Notes: generated by a model from the sequence alone, not told the origin. A stretch of 64,000 nt of DNA from Octopus sinensis (GCF_006345805.1 NC_043008.1:55552001-55616000), one strand, 5' to 3'. Positions 1-13,099 are shown, counted from the stretch's first letter. Numbers and translations are program-made.

Positions 1-244
1 TACTGTAATTGATAATAATTCAGCACCCACAATGCTTGAAATCATTTCAGATATTTATTGACACCCCATAGATATCTTCACAGAGCCCTGGGACCAATCC
101 TGACAACTTTGCCAACTCTTGGTCTAGTTCAAATATTCTATAACTTTTGGGTCTGTGACAAAACAGCTTTGAAAACAACAGGTCTGATTCACTTGGGTTT
201 AAGAGTTCGTTATTGCAAATATCACAGGGAAAACACAATATAAA

Positions 245-660
245 GGCGCAGGAGTGGCTGTGTGGTAAGTAGCTTGCTAACCAACTACATGGTTCCGGGT
301 TCAGTCCCACTGCGTGGCATCTTGGGCAAGTGTCTTCTGCTATAGCCCCGGGCCGACCAATGCCTTGTGAGTGGATTTGGTAGACAGAAACTGAAAGAAG
401 CCTGTCATATATATGTATATATATATATATATGTGTGTGTGAGTATGTGTGTCTGTGTTTGTCCCCCTAGCATTGCTTGACAACTGATGCTGGTGTGTTT
501 ACGTCCCCGTCACTTAGCGGTTCGGCAAAAGAGACCAATAGAATAAGCACTGGGCTTACAAAGAATAAGACCCGGGGTCGATTTGCTCGACTAAAGGCGG
601 TGCTCCAGCATGGCCGCAGTCAAATGACTGAAACAAGTAAAAGAGTAAAAGAGTAAAGAG
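245..660 (+). mobile_element. Type A tRNA-derived SINE, full length
   Basis: A box TGGCTGTGTGG, B box GGTTCAGTCC, internal (TA)n(TG)n tract and an AAAAGAGT-repeat tail; many near-identical copies in this window. Confidence 0.9.
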
Positions 661-1089
661 TATAACTGGTAAGTATTTCATAAGCTTGCAATACTGGTCC
701 ACATTTTTTCATGTGAGTGAAACCTAGAGTAGATTATCCATATGGAAAGATAAGCTGTTATCTCAACTGTTTAATGCCCTGACAAACTAATTTCTGCTTA
801 CTTGTTCACCTGTTAAATAGTTCATATATCAGTAACTTTTAGTTCAGTAATACCATCGAGGTTTTCAGTGAATGCATTTCTGACCAAGTGAGAAGGATTA
901 GCTAATGAGAGTTCCCTCAGAAGAGAAATAGTTTACAGAATGAATTCACCTGAAAGCAGAAAATTTGTAGTGAAACAGATACTGGTAACTAAGGCATCTA
1001 TTAATACTATTACCACGACTGCTGCTGATGCGGTTGCTAATAATAATAATAATAATAAAAATAGTAATAATAATAATATAATAATAATA

Positions 1090-1290
1090 ATTTAGAATTT
1101 TGGCACAAGGCCAGCAAGTGAAGGATGTAAGTTGATTACATCAGCCCCAGTGCACAACTGGTACTTATTTTATTAACCTTAAAAGATGAAAGGCAAAGTG
1201 GATCTCAGCAGAATATGAATTCAGAATGTTAGGACAGACGAAATGCTGCTAAACATCTTGTCCAGTGTGCTAACAATTCTGTCACAAATG
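1090..1290 (-). mobile_element. Type B SINE, degenerate
   Basis: Reverse complement of the type B core (gtaccagtt...ctttgcctttcatc), heavily diverged. Confidence 0.7.
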
Positions 1291-1399
1291 ATTTCTTTAT
1301 CAACCACAAGGGTTTACATGAAGAAAAACATTAAGGACAGCACTGGAGAAAACAGAAAAAAAAAATGTGTGTGTGTGTGTGTGTGTGTGTGCACATGAC

Positions 1400-1792
1400 T
1401 AACATCATGTGATGGTCATAAACAAGTGTCTGTCTCTCTCTCACAAAAGCAATGTTGTTCACTTTCAATCTTCTGTGAAACACGTCTGGTCATGGGGAAA
1501 TATTACCTTATTTGGAAACAGGTGTGTGTATGCATGCGCAGACATACTAACTGTCTTGATATTATATGATGGTTGTAAATGGGTATGACTGCTGAACAAG
1601 TGATGATGTTTGTTTCCAATCTTCTGTGTCTGGCCACAGAGAAATATTAAACTATTATTTTGCTTAGAAACAGCTGAGAGTTGGCAACAAGAAGGGTATC
1701 CAGTCATAGAAAATCTGCCTAAAAAAATTCCATCTGACCCATGCTATCATGGAAAAGTGAACGTTAGATGATAATGATGATGATGAATGTAA
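1400..1792 (+). mobile_element. SINE-like element with RTE-type (GAT)n tail (type D-related)
   Basis: Ends gaagggtatccag...catggaaaagtgaacgttagatgataatgatgatg, matching the type D 3' end. Confidence 0.65.
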
Positions 1793-1868
1793 AAGGATGT
1801 AACTAAACACATCATTTCAAATTTAAGTAAGTTGGTACAAAGCAATTTTAAATCCTGTATATAGCATA

Positions 1869-2274
1869 GGCATAGGAGCGGCTGTGTGATAAGTAGCTTG
1901 CTTACCAACCATATGGTTCCGGGTTCAGTCCCACTGCATGGCACCTTGGGCAAGTGTCTTTTACTATAGCTTCGGGCCAACCAGAGCCTTGTGAGTGGAT
2001 TTGGTAGATGGAAACTGAAAGAAGCTCGTGGTATATATATATACACATATATATGTATGTATGTGTATGTATATGCTTGTGTGTCTGTGTTGTCCAACAT
2101 TGCTTGGCAACTGATGCTGGTGTGTTTACGTCTCCGTAACTTAGCAGTTCGGCGAAAGAGACCGATAGAATAAGTACTAGGCTGCCAAAGAATAAGTCCT
2201 GGGGGTCGATTTGCTCGACTAAAAGGCAGTGCTCCAGCATGGCCACAGTCAAATGACTGAAACAAGTAAAAGAG
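1869..2274 (+). mobile_element. Type A SINE, first of a tandem pair
   Basis: Same head, body and tail as 245-660. Confidence 0.9.
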
Positions 2275-2290
2275 TATATATACATATATA

Positions 2291-2700
2291 GGCGCAGGAG
2301 TGGCTGTGTGGTAAGTAGCTTGCTAACCAACCACATGGTTCCGGGTTCAGTCCCACTGCGTGGCATCTTGGGCAAGTGTCTTCTGCTATAGCCCCGGGCC
2401 AACCAATGCCTTGTGAATGGATTTGGTAGACGGAAACTGAAAGAAGCTTGTCGTATATATGTATATATATATATATGTATGTGTTTGTGTGTCTGTGTTT
2501 GTCCCCCTAGCATTGCTTGACAACCGATGCTGGTGTGCTTACGTCCCCGTCACTTAGTGGTTCGGCAAAAAGAGACCGATAGAATAAGTACTGGGCTTAC
2601 AAAGAATAAGTCCCGGGGTCGATTTGCTCGACTAAAGGCGGTGCTCCAGCATGGCCGCAGTCAAATGACTGAAACAAGTAAAAGAGTAAAAAAGAGAGAG
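2291..2700 (+). mobile_element. Type A SINE, young copy, second of a tandem pair
   Basis: Very close to 245-660, with CpGs intact. Confidence 0.9.
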
Positions 2701-2870
2701 TAATATAATGAAATTAGAGCAATCAAATTTATCAAACTACCAAATAAAAGGAAGAGTATATTTATTTGATATTTCAGTTTTAATAAATTCTAGCTTTACA
2801 AATATTGCAAGCTATTAAATTATAATGATGTCTTATGTCGACAAACATTATCTTGTTTCTAATTTCTCAG

Positions 2871-2943
2871 ATATATTAACGATGTAGGTCAGGCGAAAGT
2901 GCTTCAGCCAGGAATCAAAAGAAAGGAAAGTGGATTTTACTAG
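2871..2943 (+). CDS. Candidate terminal coding exon (YINDVGQAKVLQPGIKRKESGFY*), product unknown
   Basis: Acceptor tcttgtttctaatttctcag with a branch-like ttctaat; one frame open to TAG, followed by unique UTR-like sequence; no homology recognised. Confidence 0.3.
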
Positions 2944-3777
2944 CAAGGAAAGAACCGTCTACTTCCCACATTACCTTTCGGTATCTTCAAAGAAGGAAGT
3001 CAGAAAATTTCTGCAAGCACTTCAAAGAACGCCATTCAATCTAATATCTAGACTGAGAATTCGATGAGGAATACGAGTAACAAATGAGATTTTACTGCCA
3101 AGAGAAAAGTTTCCAATCACTGATTTCTTACAAAATGCATTGATTTAGAATGGGTTTTTTTTTCCTTGTAGAGGATTCGTTTTTTTTTCTTTTTTAATGG
3201 AATCAAGAAAATTGAGACATTTAGGATTTCCTAGTAACACTAGATGACTAAGTGAAGCGAAACAGTTTCACTATAGTATAAAAAAAAAAATAACACAAAC
3301 TAGGTCATGGGCAGCTTACTATAAGAGCTTAACTGTACTCAAATCCTTGATAAAATATCAATATAAAGACCACACACAGCATTCAGCAAAAAAAAAAAAT
3401 CATTAGACAAACAAAACTGAATGAAGAATATGTAACTCAATTGTTATTTAAACAAAAAAAATTATATTTTAAATGTAATACCAAGTTTGGCAAGAAAAAT
3501 AATCAAATCAAACGCAAGTTTTGATTTCTAAATGTGAGGAATACGCAATATGGCTGCCATATTGTTGTAATTGTTCTTTTTTTTTTGTTTAAGATCTTTA
3601 TCATTTGGGGGGTTTTGTTGTTTTTTCATTATTTGCATAGAGATGTGGTTAAGATGTTCACTTTAAAATCACGAGTCTTGGTTTCAGTTCTACTGTACGA
3701 CACATTTGATAATTCTCTTCTATTACAACTCTGAATTGATCAAGCCTTGTGATTGAATTTGGTAAACAGAAACCATA

Positions 3778-4195
3778 AGGCAGCGAGCTGGCAGAAATGT
3801 TAGCACGCTGGGCGAAATGCTTAGCGGTATTTCGTCTGCCGTTACGTTCTGAGTTCAAATTCCACCGAGGTCAACTTTGCCTTTCATCCTTTCAGGGTCG
3901 ATAAATTAAGTACCAGTTACGCACTGGGGTCGATGTAATCGACTAAATCACTTTGTCTGTTCTTGTTTGTCCCCTCTGTGTTTAGTCCCTTGTGGGTAGT
4001 AACGAAATAGGTATTTCCCCTGCTGCTATGTTCTGAGTTCAAATTCCGCCAAGGTCGACTTTGCCTTTCATCCTTTTGGGGTCGATAAATTAAGTACCAG
4101 TTACGCACTGGGGTCAATGTAATCGACTAAATCCCTTTGTCTGTCCTTGTTTGTCCCCTCTATATTTAGCCCCTTGAGGGCAATAAAGAAATAAG
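3778..4195 (+). mobile_element. Type B tRNA-derived SINE with internal tandem duplication
   Basis: Head ggcagcgagctggcagaa and B box GAGTTCAAATTCC. The core ctttgcctttcatcctt...gtcgataaattaagtaccag occurs twice (about 3850-4015 and 4030-4195) and resembles the Meta/Sauria-type SINE central domain. Confidence 0.85.
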
Positions 4196-5329
4196 AAACC
4201 ATACAGAAGCCTGCCGTGTATATGTACACATGCATGCATGCGTTTGTGTGTACACATACACACACACGTACATACATACATACAATTACTAATCTGCATA
4301 GTTTGAGTTAAGATGCATACCATAACTGATATTTCAAACTCCATTTGTTCCTTTATAACTCTGAAGAAGAAAGCTGTGAAGAGGATTCATGGTAATTAGT
4401 TGAAATTTCCTGTTCCTGCATGTTTTTTTATGTGTGTATCCTTGTTATATGTACATGTGTAAATTTGTAGTATATGTGTGTACTTGTATGTATTTTTGTA
4501 GTACGTATATGTATATATATGTGTGTGTATCTTTGTGTTATATGTAAGTATATGCATGTTTTTGTGTTTTTCTCTAACACCATTTGACAGCTGGTGTGGA
4601 TTTCTTTACAGCCTCAGAACTTAGGAGTTTGGCAAAAATAAAGACCAACAGGAAGGTGTCAAAAAAAGTAAGACATTCCATGGCTATATCACAAAATGTG
4701 GCTCAACAGGACTGGTCGGGATGGGGCCTACTGTAAAAGCACCAAAGAAACCTTCACCAAGAGCTCAGCTAAACCAGGTAAATTCTAAGAGGGAAACATC
4801 TATCATCTAAGCCCAAAGTGGAATCCACCTGCTAGAAATAGTACTTGAACCTCACTCTTATTGCTTTAAGTTAAAAACACAAGCAATATGGTCCAAGATG
4901 CACCATTTCGCCATCATTATTTTAATGACCACTTTTCGATGCTTGCATGGGCTGGACAGAATTTGTTGAGGCAGATTTTCTATGGCTGGATGCCCTTCCC
5001 ATCGCCAACTCTCACTTGTTTCCAAGTAAGGCAATAATTCCCCCATGGCTAAACACATTTTCACAGATAATTGGAAATTAATGATATTGCTTGTATATCA
5101 GTGACACTTGTTTACAACTATCATCACATGATGTCAAGGCAAGGAGACACTAAAATACACACATGCATATGCAATGGGCTTCTTTCAGTTTCCATCTAGC
5201 AAATCCATTCACAAGGCTTCGGTTGGTCCAGGGATATAGAAGACATTTGCTCAAGATGCCATGCAGTGGAAGTAAGCCTGGAACCATTCAGCCATGCTTG
5301 TACCTTTTGTGTGTGTGGTTCAAATGTAG

Positions 5330-5480
5330 AGGAGACAAAAGACAGAGACAGGTGAGGGGACAACATGCAGGTGTATTAGTTTGATGGTCAGGGAAAAATG
5401 GAAAATATCTTTGACGTTTCAAGCCTACACTCTTCGAGGGAAAGGGATGAGAGGAAACAAAATGAAGAGAGACAGAAAAA
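5330..5480 (-). mobile_element. Penelope-like terminal repeat remnant with a decayed hammerhead-like motif
   Basis: Minus strand reads ccctcgaagagtgtaggcttgaaacgtcaaag, a decayed CTGANGA-stem-GAAACGTC core. Confidence 0.45.
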
Positions 5481-6126
5481 AAAACCGAAGAGAGCAAAAA
5501 TGTGTCTGGATCAAAGATTCTACATGTTAAGATGACCAGAAAGAAGGGGCCAACGAATGGGAGATAACAGTGGCCCAGCTAAACTGGCATGTGCACATGC
5601 ATGTGTTTGTCTATACACACACACACACACACACAACAGGCTTCTTTCAGTTTCCACCTACAAAATCCACTCACAGGGCTTAATGAAAAATGAAAATGGG
5701 ATGGTGTGGTTAGATCAGTACAGTTCAATCAAACAGATATAGGACTAAACAAATATTACACATGTCTATATGTACACCAGCCGACACTTTGGATGCCAAG
5801 AAACTTTCCAGTACCACACATCTCTGTTATAAGCTATACATTTAAGTATGTATAGTTCTGCAGTAGTGTAGCAGAGACAAACTGATATAACATCCTTCTT
5901 GAAGAGGCAACTATGAACTTAAAGACATGATATCCCTGCTAGCTGTGATGATATTTACTGTAAACATAACATTGTCATCAACGTATCACACATACTCCGA
6001 CAGAAACACGTGCGTGCGTACAGCCTACATACATTCCATGTTTCAGATGGAGCCGATCTCACCTGACCCTTATCACCACAATCGTGACCACATACCACAT
6101 GTAAGATAAGCAATCTTTCTCCCTAT

Positions 6127-6159
<33 letters not shown>

Positions 6160-6540
6160 ATTCCATACAGAAATGGACATCACCGTCCCCATCCCATCAC
6201 CAAGGTTCATTAACTCTTATCAAATCATTAAAATTAAGAGGATTTCAAACTGCACTATAATAAGAATAATCTTCTCAACATTTGCTCCAATATATATATA
6301 CACACACACACACACATGAACACACATGAACACACACACAATCGTTATTATTAGATAATGATAAATCGTTACTGGCAGAATCTTCATCATGCTTGACAAA
6401 ATGCTGAGCTCCATTTCTGCCAGCTCTTTACATTGTTGAGCGCTGGGGTTGGTGTATTTGATTATCCCGCTCCCTCCAAAATCTCAAGCACTGAACCTAT
6501 TGCAAAAAGAATTATCATCATCATTTTTATTAGATAATAT

Positions 6541-6996
6541 GAAGGAGTGGCTGTGTGGTAAGTAGCTTGCTTACCAATCATATGGTTCTGGGTTCAGTCC
6601 CACAGTGTAGCACCTTCTACTATAGCCTCGGACTGACCAAAATCTTGGGAGTGGATTTGGTAGATGGAAACTGAAAGAAGCTCATCGTATATATGCATAT
6701 ATGTGTGTGTGTGTGTGTGTGTCTGTGTTTGTCCCCACCAACATCGCTTGACAACCGATGCTGGTGTGTTTACGTCCCCGTAACTTAGCAGTTCAGCAAA
6801 AGAGACCAATAGAATAAGTAGTAGAAAAGGGTATTTGGGGGAAATTTTCCGTTTGTTTTGTTTACTGCTTTTTTTTCTTTATTATGTTATTTCAGTACTT
6901 ATTAATTAGATGATTCAACTTCATTCACTGTTTCCTCAACTAAAGGCAGTGCTCCAGCATGGCCACAGTCAAATGACTGAAACAAGTAAAAGAGAG
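6541..6996 (+). mobile_element. Type A SINE with an internal segment replaced by non-SINE DNA
   Basis: SINE sequence to 6820, foreign 105 bp at 6823-6927, SINE tail resumes at about 6938. Confidence 0.85.
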
Positions 6997-7004
6997 TAAG
7001 AATA

Positions 7005-7225
7005 GCTAGTTGGCGGAATCGGTAGCATGCTGAACAAAGCACTTAGCAGCATTTCATCTGTCTTAACATTCTTAGTTCACATTCCTCCAATGTCAACTTT
7101 GCCTTTCATCTTTTTGAGGTTGATAAAGAATAAGTACCAGTTGAGTACTGGGGTTGATGTCATCAACTTACCCACTACCACCAAAATTTCAGGCCTTGTT
7201 CCAATACTAGAAAGGATTGTTAGTA
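7005..7225 (+). mobile_element. Type B SINE, degenerate
   Basis: ctagttggcggaatcggtagcatgc head plus the type B core. Confidence 0.75.
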
Positions 7226-7454
7226 TTTATTATTATCATTGTGGTTGGCATTAGGAAAGGCATCAGCTATAAAAACCATGCCAAAGCAGACGGAGGAGGT
7301 TGGAACAGATCTTTGGTTTACCAGCTCCTGTCAAACCATCGAATCATGCCAAAGTTGACCTTGGTGGAATTTGAGCCCAGAACGTGAAGATGGATGAAAT
7401 GCTGCTAAGCACTTTCACCAGCACGCTAACAATTCTGCCAGCTTGCCACCATAA

Positions 7455-7858
7455 TCTTTATATATAAAGCTGAAGTTGTCTGTGTATGGCAGGTTTGGTA
7501 ACCTTCAACTAACACTATTTCCTCCGAGACCCTGCGGCGCAAGTTGACCAAAATTGAGAGTATGATAGAAGAAGGCTTGCTCTTCATTCCATAGAAGAAA
7601 AAAATTCAAATTGGACCATAGACCATGTTACCACCAAAAATTATTTACATCAAAAAGGTGGTTTTTTTCTATGAAAATCCTGATTTTTTACGATTTTTTT
7701 ACTGCTGTGTCGCCATTTTTCGGTGTATTTCAACCAGAAAATTGTTCACTTAAAGAGAATAACAAGCTACATAATGCAAAATTTTTACTTTTCCAAAATT
7801 CCAATTCTAATGGGTTGAAAAGAAAACAAACCCGAGCAACGCCGGGCTATACTACTAG
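7455..7858 (+). mobile_element. Non-autonomous Helitron
   Basis: 5' TC followed by TTTATATATAAA; 3' hairpin cccgagcaacgccggg, then CTAG at 7855-7858; flanked by A (7454) and T (7859) with no TSD. Confidence 0.8.
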
Positions 7859-7869
7859 TAATAATAAAA

Positions 7870-7905
<36 letters not shown>

Positions 7906-8934
7906 TATAATAATTAATAAAGACACCTATTTATATGTTCTAAAGTTAAAACCTGAAACTGAATAACAGGTTCTGCCCAGCCAACACCAGAAAATTAAAA
8001 GCTAAAAAATTAACTGAGCAGTTATGGGATTAACAAAAAAAAAAGGATAAAGAAAAATTTCTTACTCCCTCTTTTTAATTCTTTTTAATCTGCATTTCTA
8101 TTTGAATCATCAAATTAAGTCCAACATTATTGAGATGACACTTTCACATTGTTTTCTTACATTTAACTCATTTCCAGACATCTGTTTGCGTATCATATTT
8201 TTCATTGGTATGTCTTGCCAAGCTTCACCAAATTAGCAACAACTAATTAAATTAATTTCTTTCCGAGTGATACAAGTCATACGCATATAGCAGGCATAGT
8301 TTAGATATTCAGCAGTTTATACTGAAATATCAAATTAAGTCAGTATCACCATCATCATGTCATCGTTTTAATACCTGTTTCCTCCACCTCCAAACACACC
8401 CTTACAGGTGGAAGTTATACTGAAATGCCATAAAGCAGTTTTCTTTTCCTTTCATATCTAAAGACTACAAGATCTTTCTGTCTGTGCAACGAAACATTTT
8501 CCCCCATTCAACACAACTAGTTGGTCCCTGTCAAACTGCCTTAAGAATGTAATTTCAATAACTGAATTGCAAAACAAGAAATAAAAAAAATAAATTTTCA
8601 CTTCCTTCCTCAAGCCCTCAACCTCTTAGGGAGCAGTTGGGGATACCACTGAGACATATGGTGTGTCAAGAGCAAATAAACCTGTTAGATTCCTTCTTTC
8701 TCCAGGTCTGAACAAAGCAGATTTCTTTCAAGAGAGACAGAAAGAAGACACTAACCCCAGAGCTGGACTAATATTTTATCAATTCCTAAAGGATGAGAGA
8801 CAAAGCAGACTTCAATAGGATTTGAACTCAGAACACAGAGCACCAGAAGGAACCTCTGAATGGTTTTTCAACCTGGCACTGAAATGACTATCAATTTGAA
8901 CTTTTCCTATTCCACAATACTTCTTTGATTTTTT

Positions 8935-9394
8935 TTCTTTTATTCTTTTACTGTTTCAGTCTTTGGACTGTGGCCATGCCGGAGCACTACCTTGTTTATT
9001 TTATTTTACTTGTTTCAGTCTTTGGACTGTGGCCATGCTGGAGCACTGCTTTGAAGGGTTTAGTCAAAAAAATACTCCTCAGTACTTATTTTTTTAAACT
9101 TGATACTTATTCTGTCAGTGTCTTATGCAGAACCACTAAATTATTGGGACATAAACAAACCATCACCAGCTGTCAAGTGCTGCCAGTGAGTATGTGTGTG
9201 CTTGTGTTTGTCCAACACATGCACACACATACTCACACGCACAATGGGCTTCTGTTTTCAGCTTCTGTCCATCAAATCCACTCACAAGGCTTTGGCCAGC
9301 CCAAAAATCTATAGTGAAAGGCACTATGCAATGGGATTGAACCCAGAACCATGTGGTTCGAACGGGAACTTCTTACCACACAGCCATGCCTGCG
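8935..9394 (-). mobile_element. Type A SINE with duplicated tail
   Basis: Reverse complement of type A; the tail segment gtttcagtctttggactgtggccatgc occurs twice. Confidence 0.8.
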
Positions 9395-9737
9395 TTTAAC
9401 TTGACTATTTCTCGGAAGTGTCAAGAGATCACTGCACAGTTAACCATTCATAGATAGAGTTTACGGCTTTAAATATCTGATATGTATTATGTCAAAAAGA
9501 ATTTATTCGCTCGAATAAATGAAGAGTAAAAATGACAAGCTTCCAGCTTAATCTTCAAGAACCAAACAACAAGCAGCCTGAAACCTGATGTGTTTAAGAT
9601 TTCTTCTTCACAAACAGCTATTATTCTGCATCGCTAAGATTGATGCCCGGGTTTTTTATGCGCCACTACTTTCATTCACCATCACATCCATCTAACATGA
9701 GAATATGGATGCACATTATGTACATATCTGTTACTTT

Positions 9738-11183
9738 TTTTTTACTTGTTTCAGTCACTAGACTGCGGCCATGCTGGGGCACCATCTCAAAGGGTTCAGT
9801 TGAATAAATTGACCCTGGAACTTTTTTTTGTTTTTATAAATTTGGTATTTATATTCTTGGGGCATAAACAAATCAATACCAGTTGTCAAGCAGGGGTCTA
9901 TTCTTTTACTTGTTTCAGTCACTAGACTGTGGCCATGCTGGGGCACCACTCAGAGGGTGCAGTTGATAAATTGACCCTGAACTTTTATTTTTGCTTTTAT
10001 AAATATGGTATTATATTCTTTCAGTACTTTTTACCAAAACACTAGGTCAACAAATCAATACCAGTTGTCAAACAGGGGTCTATCTTTTACTTGTTTCAGT
10101 CACTAGACTGTGGCCATGCTGGGGCACCACCTCAGAGGGTGCAGTTGAATAAATTGACCTGGAACTTTTATTTTTGCTTTTATAAATATGGTATTTATAT
10201 TCTTTCAGTTACTTTTTACAAACCACTAGGTCAACAAATCAATACCAGTTGTCAAACAGGGGTCTATTCTTTTACTTGTTTCAGTCACTAGACTGGGCCA
10301 TGCTGGGGCACCACCTCAGAGGGTGCAGTTGAATAAATTGACCCTGGAACTTTTTTTTGTTTTTATAAATTTGGTATTTATATTCTTGGGGCATAAACAA
10401 ATCAATACCAGTTGTCAGCAGGGGTCTATTCTTTTACTTGTTTCAGTCACTAGACTGTGGCCATGCTGGGGCACCACCTCAGAGGGTGCAGTTGAATAAA
10501 TTGACCCTGGAACTTTTATTTTTGCTTTTATAAATATGGTATTTATATTCTTTCAGTTACTTTTTACAAACCACTAGGTCACAAATCAATACCAGTTGTC
10601 AAACAGGGGTCTATCTTTTACTTGTTTCAGTCATAGACTGTGGCCATGCTGGGGCACCACTCAGAGGGTGCAGTTGAATAAATTGACCCTGGAACTTTTT
10701 TTTGCTTTTATAAATATGGTATTTATATTCTTTCAGTTACTTTTTACCAAACCACTAGGTCAACAAATCAATACCAGTTGTCAAACAGGGGTCTATTCTT
10801 TTACTTGTTTCAGTCACTAGACTGTGGCCATGCTGGGGCACCACCTCAGAGGGTGCAGTTGAATAAATTGACCCTGGAACTTTTATTTTTGCTTTTATAA
10901 ATATGGTATTTATATTCTTTCAGTTACTTTTTACCAAACCACTAGGTCAACAAATCAATACCAGTTGTCAAACAGGGGTCTATTCTTTTACTTGTTTCAG
11001 TCACTAGACTGTGGCCATGCTGGGGCACCACCTCAGAGGGTGCAGTTGAATAAATTGACTCTGGAACTTTTTTTTTGTTTTTATAAATTTGGTATTTATA
11101 TTTTTTTAGTTACTTTTTACCAAACCACTAGGTCACGGGGGCGTAAATAATTCAATACCAGTTGTCAAGCAGGGGTCTATTCT
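9738..11183 (-). repeat. Tandem array (8 units of 162-197 bp) derived from the type A SINE 3' half
   Basis: Unit starts (tttacttgtttcagt) at 9741, 9905, 10086, 10271, 10433, 10617, 10800, 10987 and 11184. Confidence 0.95.
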
Positions 11184-11832
11184 TTTACTTGTTTCAGTAA
11201 TTTGACTGCGGCCATGCTGGAGCACCACTTTAAAGGGTTATAGTCAAAGAAATCGATCCCAATACTATTCACTGTAAGCCTAGCACTTAGTATTTCAGTC
11301 TCTTTTGCTGAACCACTAAGTTACAGGGACATAAACACACCAGCATTGGTTATCAAGTGATGGCACAGGGACAAACACAGACACACACACACACATATGT
11401 ATATGGGCTTGTTTCTGTTTCCGTCTACCAAATTCACTCACAAGGCTTTGGTCAGCCCAGGGCTATAGCAAAAGACACTTGCCCAAGGTGTCACACAGTG
11501 GGACTGAACCCAGAAGCATGCGGGCTTAGCCAAACAATTTGCCACCAGTCTCTTTACCAATCCACTAAGTTACAGGGACATAAACAAACTAACATCAGTT
11601 GTCAAGAGGAGTAGGAGATGAAACACACACACACACATATATATATATTTGTGTGTATGTGTGTGTGTGTGTGTAAGTATGACAAGGCTTCCACACAGTT
11701 TCTGTCAACCAGATTCACTTACAAGGCTTCGGTCGGGCCCAGGACTATAGCAAAAGTCACTTTATCCAAGAGTGACAAGCAGCTAAGACTGAACCAAGAC
11801 TATATGGTTGCAAAGTGAGCTTCCTAACCACA
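11178..11832 (-). mobile_element. Two adjacent type A SINE copies
   Basis: Reverse-complement type A sequence at about 11178-11530 and 11545-11832. Confidence 0.8.
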
Positions 11833-12396
11833 CTTACCACCACTACCACTATCATTTCTCGTCAATAGTTTCTTAATGTTTTTTTGGTTACTAAAATTTT
11901 GTTTGCTTGACTGAATACCTGTCGTGTATCTCAATCACTATTCAAGTTTAGATACCAATATGTTCAATCAAGTTAAAGGCAAATGAACTGGCAGAATCAT
12001 TAGCATGCTAGCAGCATTTCATGTCTTCACATTCCAAGTTCAAATTTTACCAAGGTCGGGCTTGCCTTTCATCCTTTCAGGGTTGACAAAATAAGTACCA
12101 GTTAAGGATCGGTAAGTCAATTACACCAATGCCACTCTTTAAACCAATACATTCAATCAAATGTTTATTGAATAAAAAAAAATTTGTTGATTAGGGTGAA
12201 GAGAAAAGGGTATTTGGGGAAATTTTCCATTTGTTTTGTTTTCTGCCTTTTTTTTTCTTTTTCTTAATTAGGTTATTTCAGTACTTATTAATTAGATGAT
12301 TCAACTTCATTCAATGTCATGTCATATGGTGAAAGTTACGGGTTATACAAATAAAGCTAAATTGGTTACACACAAACAGAAATACAATAAACATAT

Positions 12397-12428
<32 letters not shown>

Positions 12429-12469
12429 CATTACCTAAGAACACAGTCTCTATCAGGTATTCTTGGTAG

Positions 12470-12625
12470 TTGTGGTGGTGGTGGTCTTGGTGATGGTAGT
12501 AGCAGTAGCAGCAATGGTGATGGTAGTAGTAATAGTAGTAATAGTAGTAGTAGTAGTAGTAGTAGCAGCAATGGTGATGGTAGTAGTAGTAGTAGTAGTA
12601 GCAGCAATGGTGATGGTAGTAGTAA

Positions 12626-12658
<33 letters not shown>

Positions 12659-12718
12659 CAGCAATGGTGATGGTAGTAGTAGTAGTAGTAGTAGCAGCAA
12701 TGGTGATGGTAGTAGTAA

Positions 12719-12751
<33 letters not shown>

Positions 12752-12907
12752 CAGCATGGTGATGGTAGTAGTAGTATAGTAGTAGTAGCAGCAATGGTGA
12801 TGGTAGTAGTAATAGTAGTAATAGTAGTATAGTAGTAGTAGTAGTAGCAGCAATGGTGATGGTAGTAGTAGTAGTAGTAGTAGCAGCAATGGTGATGGTA
12901 GTAGTAA

Positions 12908-12940
<33 letters not shown>

Positions 12941-13017
12941 CAGCAATGTGATGGTAGTAGTAGTAGTAGTAGTAGCAGCAATGGTGATGGTAGTAGTAGT
13001 AGTAGTAGTAGCAGCAA
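12470..13017. repeat. Compound (GTA)n minisatellite punctuated by GCAGCAATGGTGATG
   Basis: About a dozen recurrences of gcagcaatggtgatg separated by (GTA)n runs of variable length. Confidence 0.95.
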
Positions 13018-13099
13018 ATCCATTTAAATACAGATGGACACGCTGAGAAAATTTTCAATAGCCTTTTAATTTTGTCCATTTCCAATATGGCGTTCAAAT

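Noticed and set aside
9685-9727. Terminal exon YVHNVHPYSHVRWM* on the minus strand
   Set aside because: The supposed acceptor is preceded by the A-rich SINE tail, not a pyrimidine tract
9738-11183. CRISPR-like regular array
   Set aside because: Units are near-identical along their whole length with no unique spacers, and the context is eukaryotic and SINE-derived
13078-13093. Exact 16-mer shared in inverted orientation with 54655-54670, plus a 9-bp-arm palindrome at 3546-3564
   Set aside because: About two such 16-mer matches are expected by chance in a window this size
12403-13097. Four overlapping low-complexity ORFs of 99-214 aa
   Set aside because: Translations of the trinucleotide minisatellite; no splice or composition support
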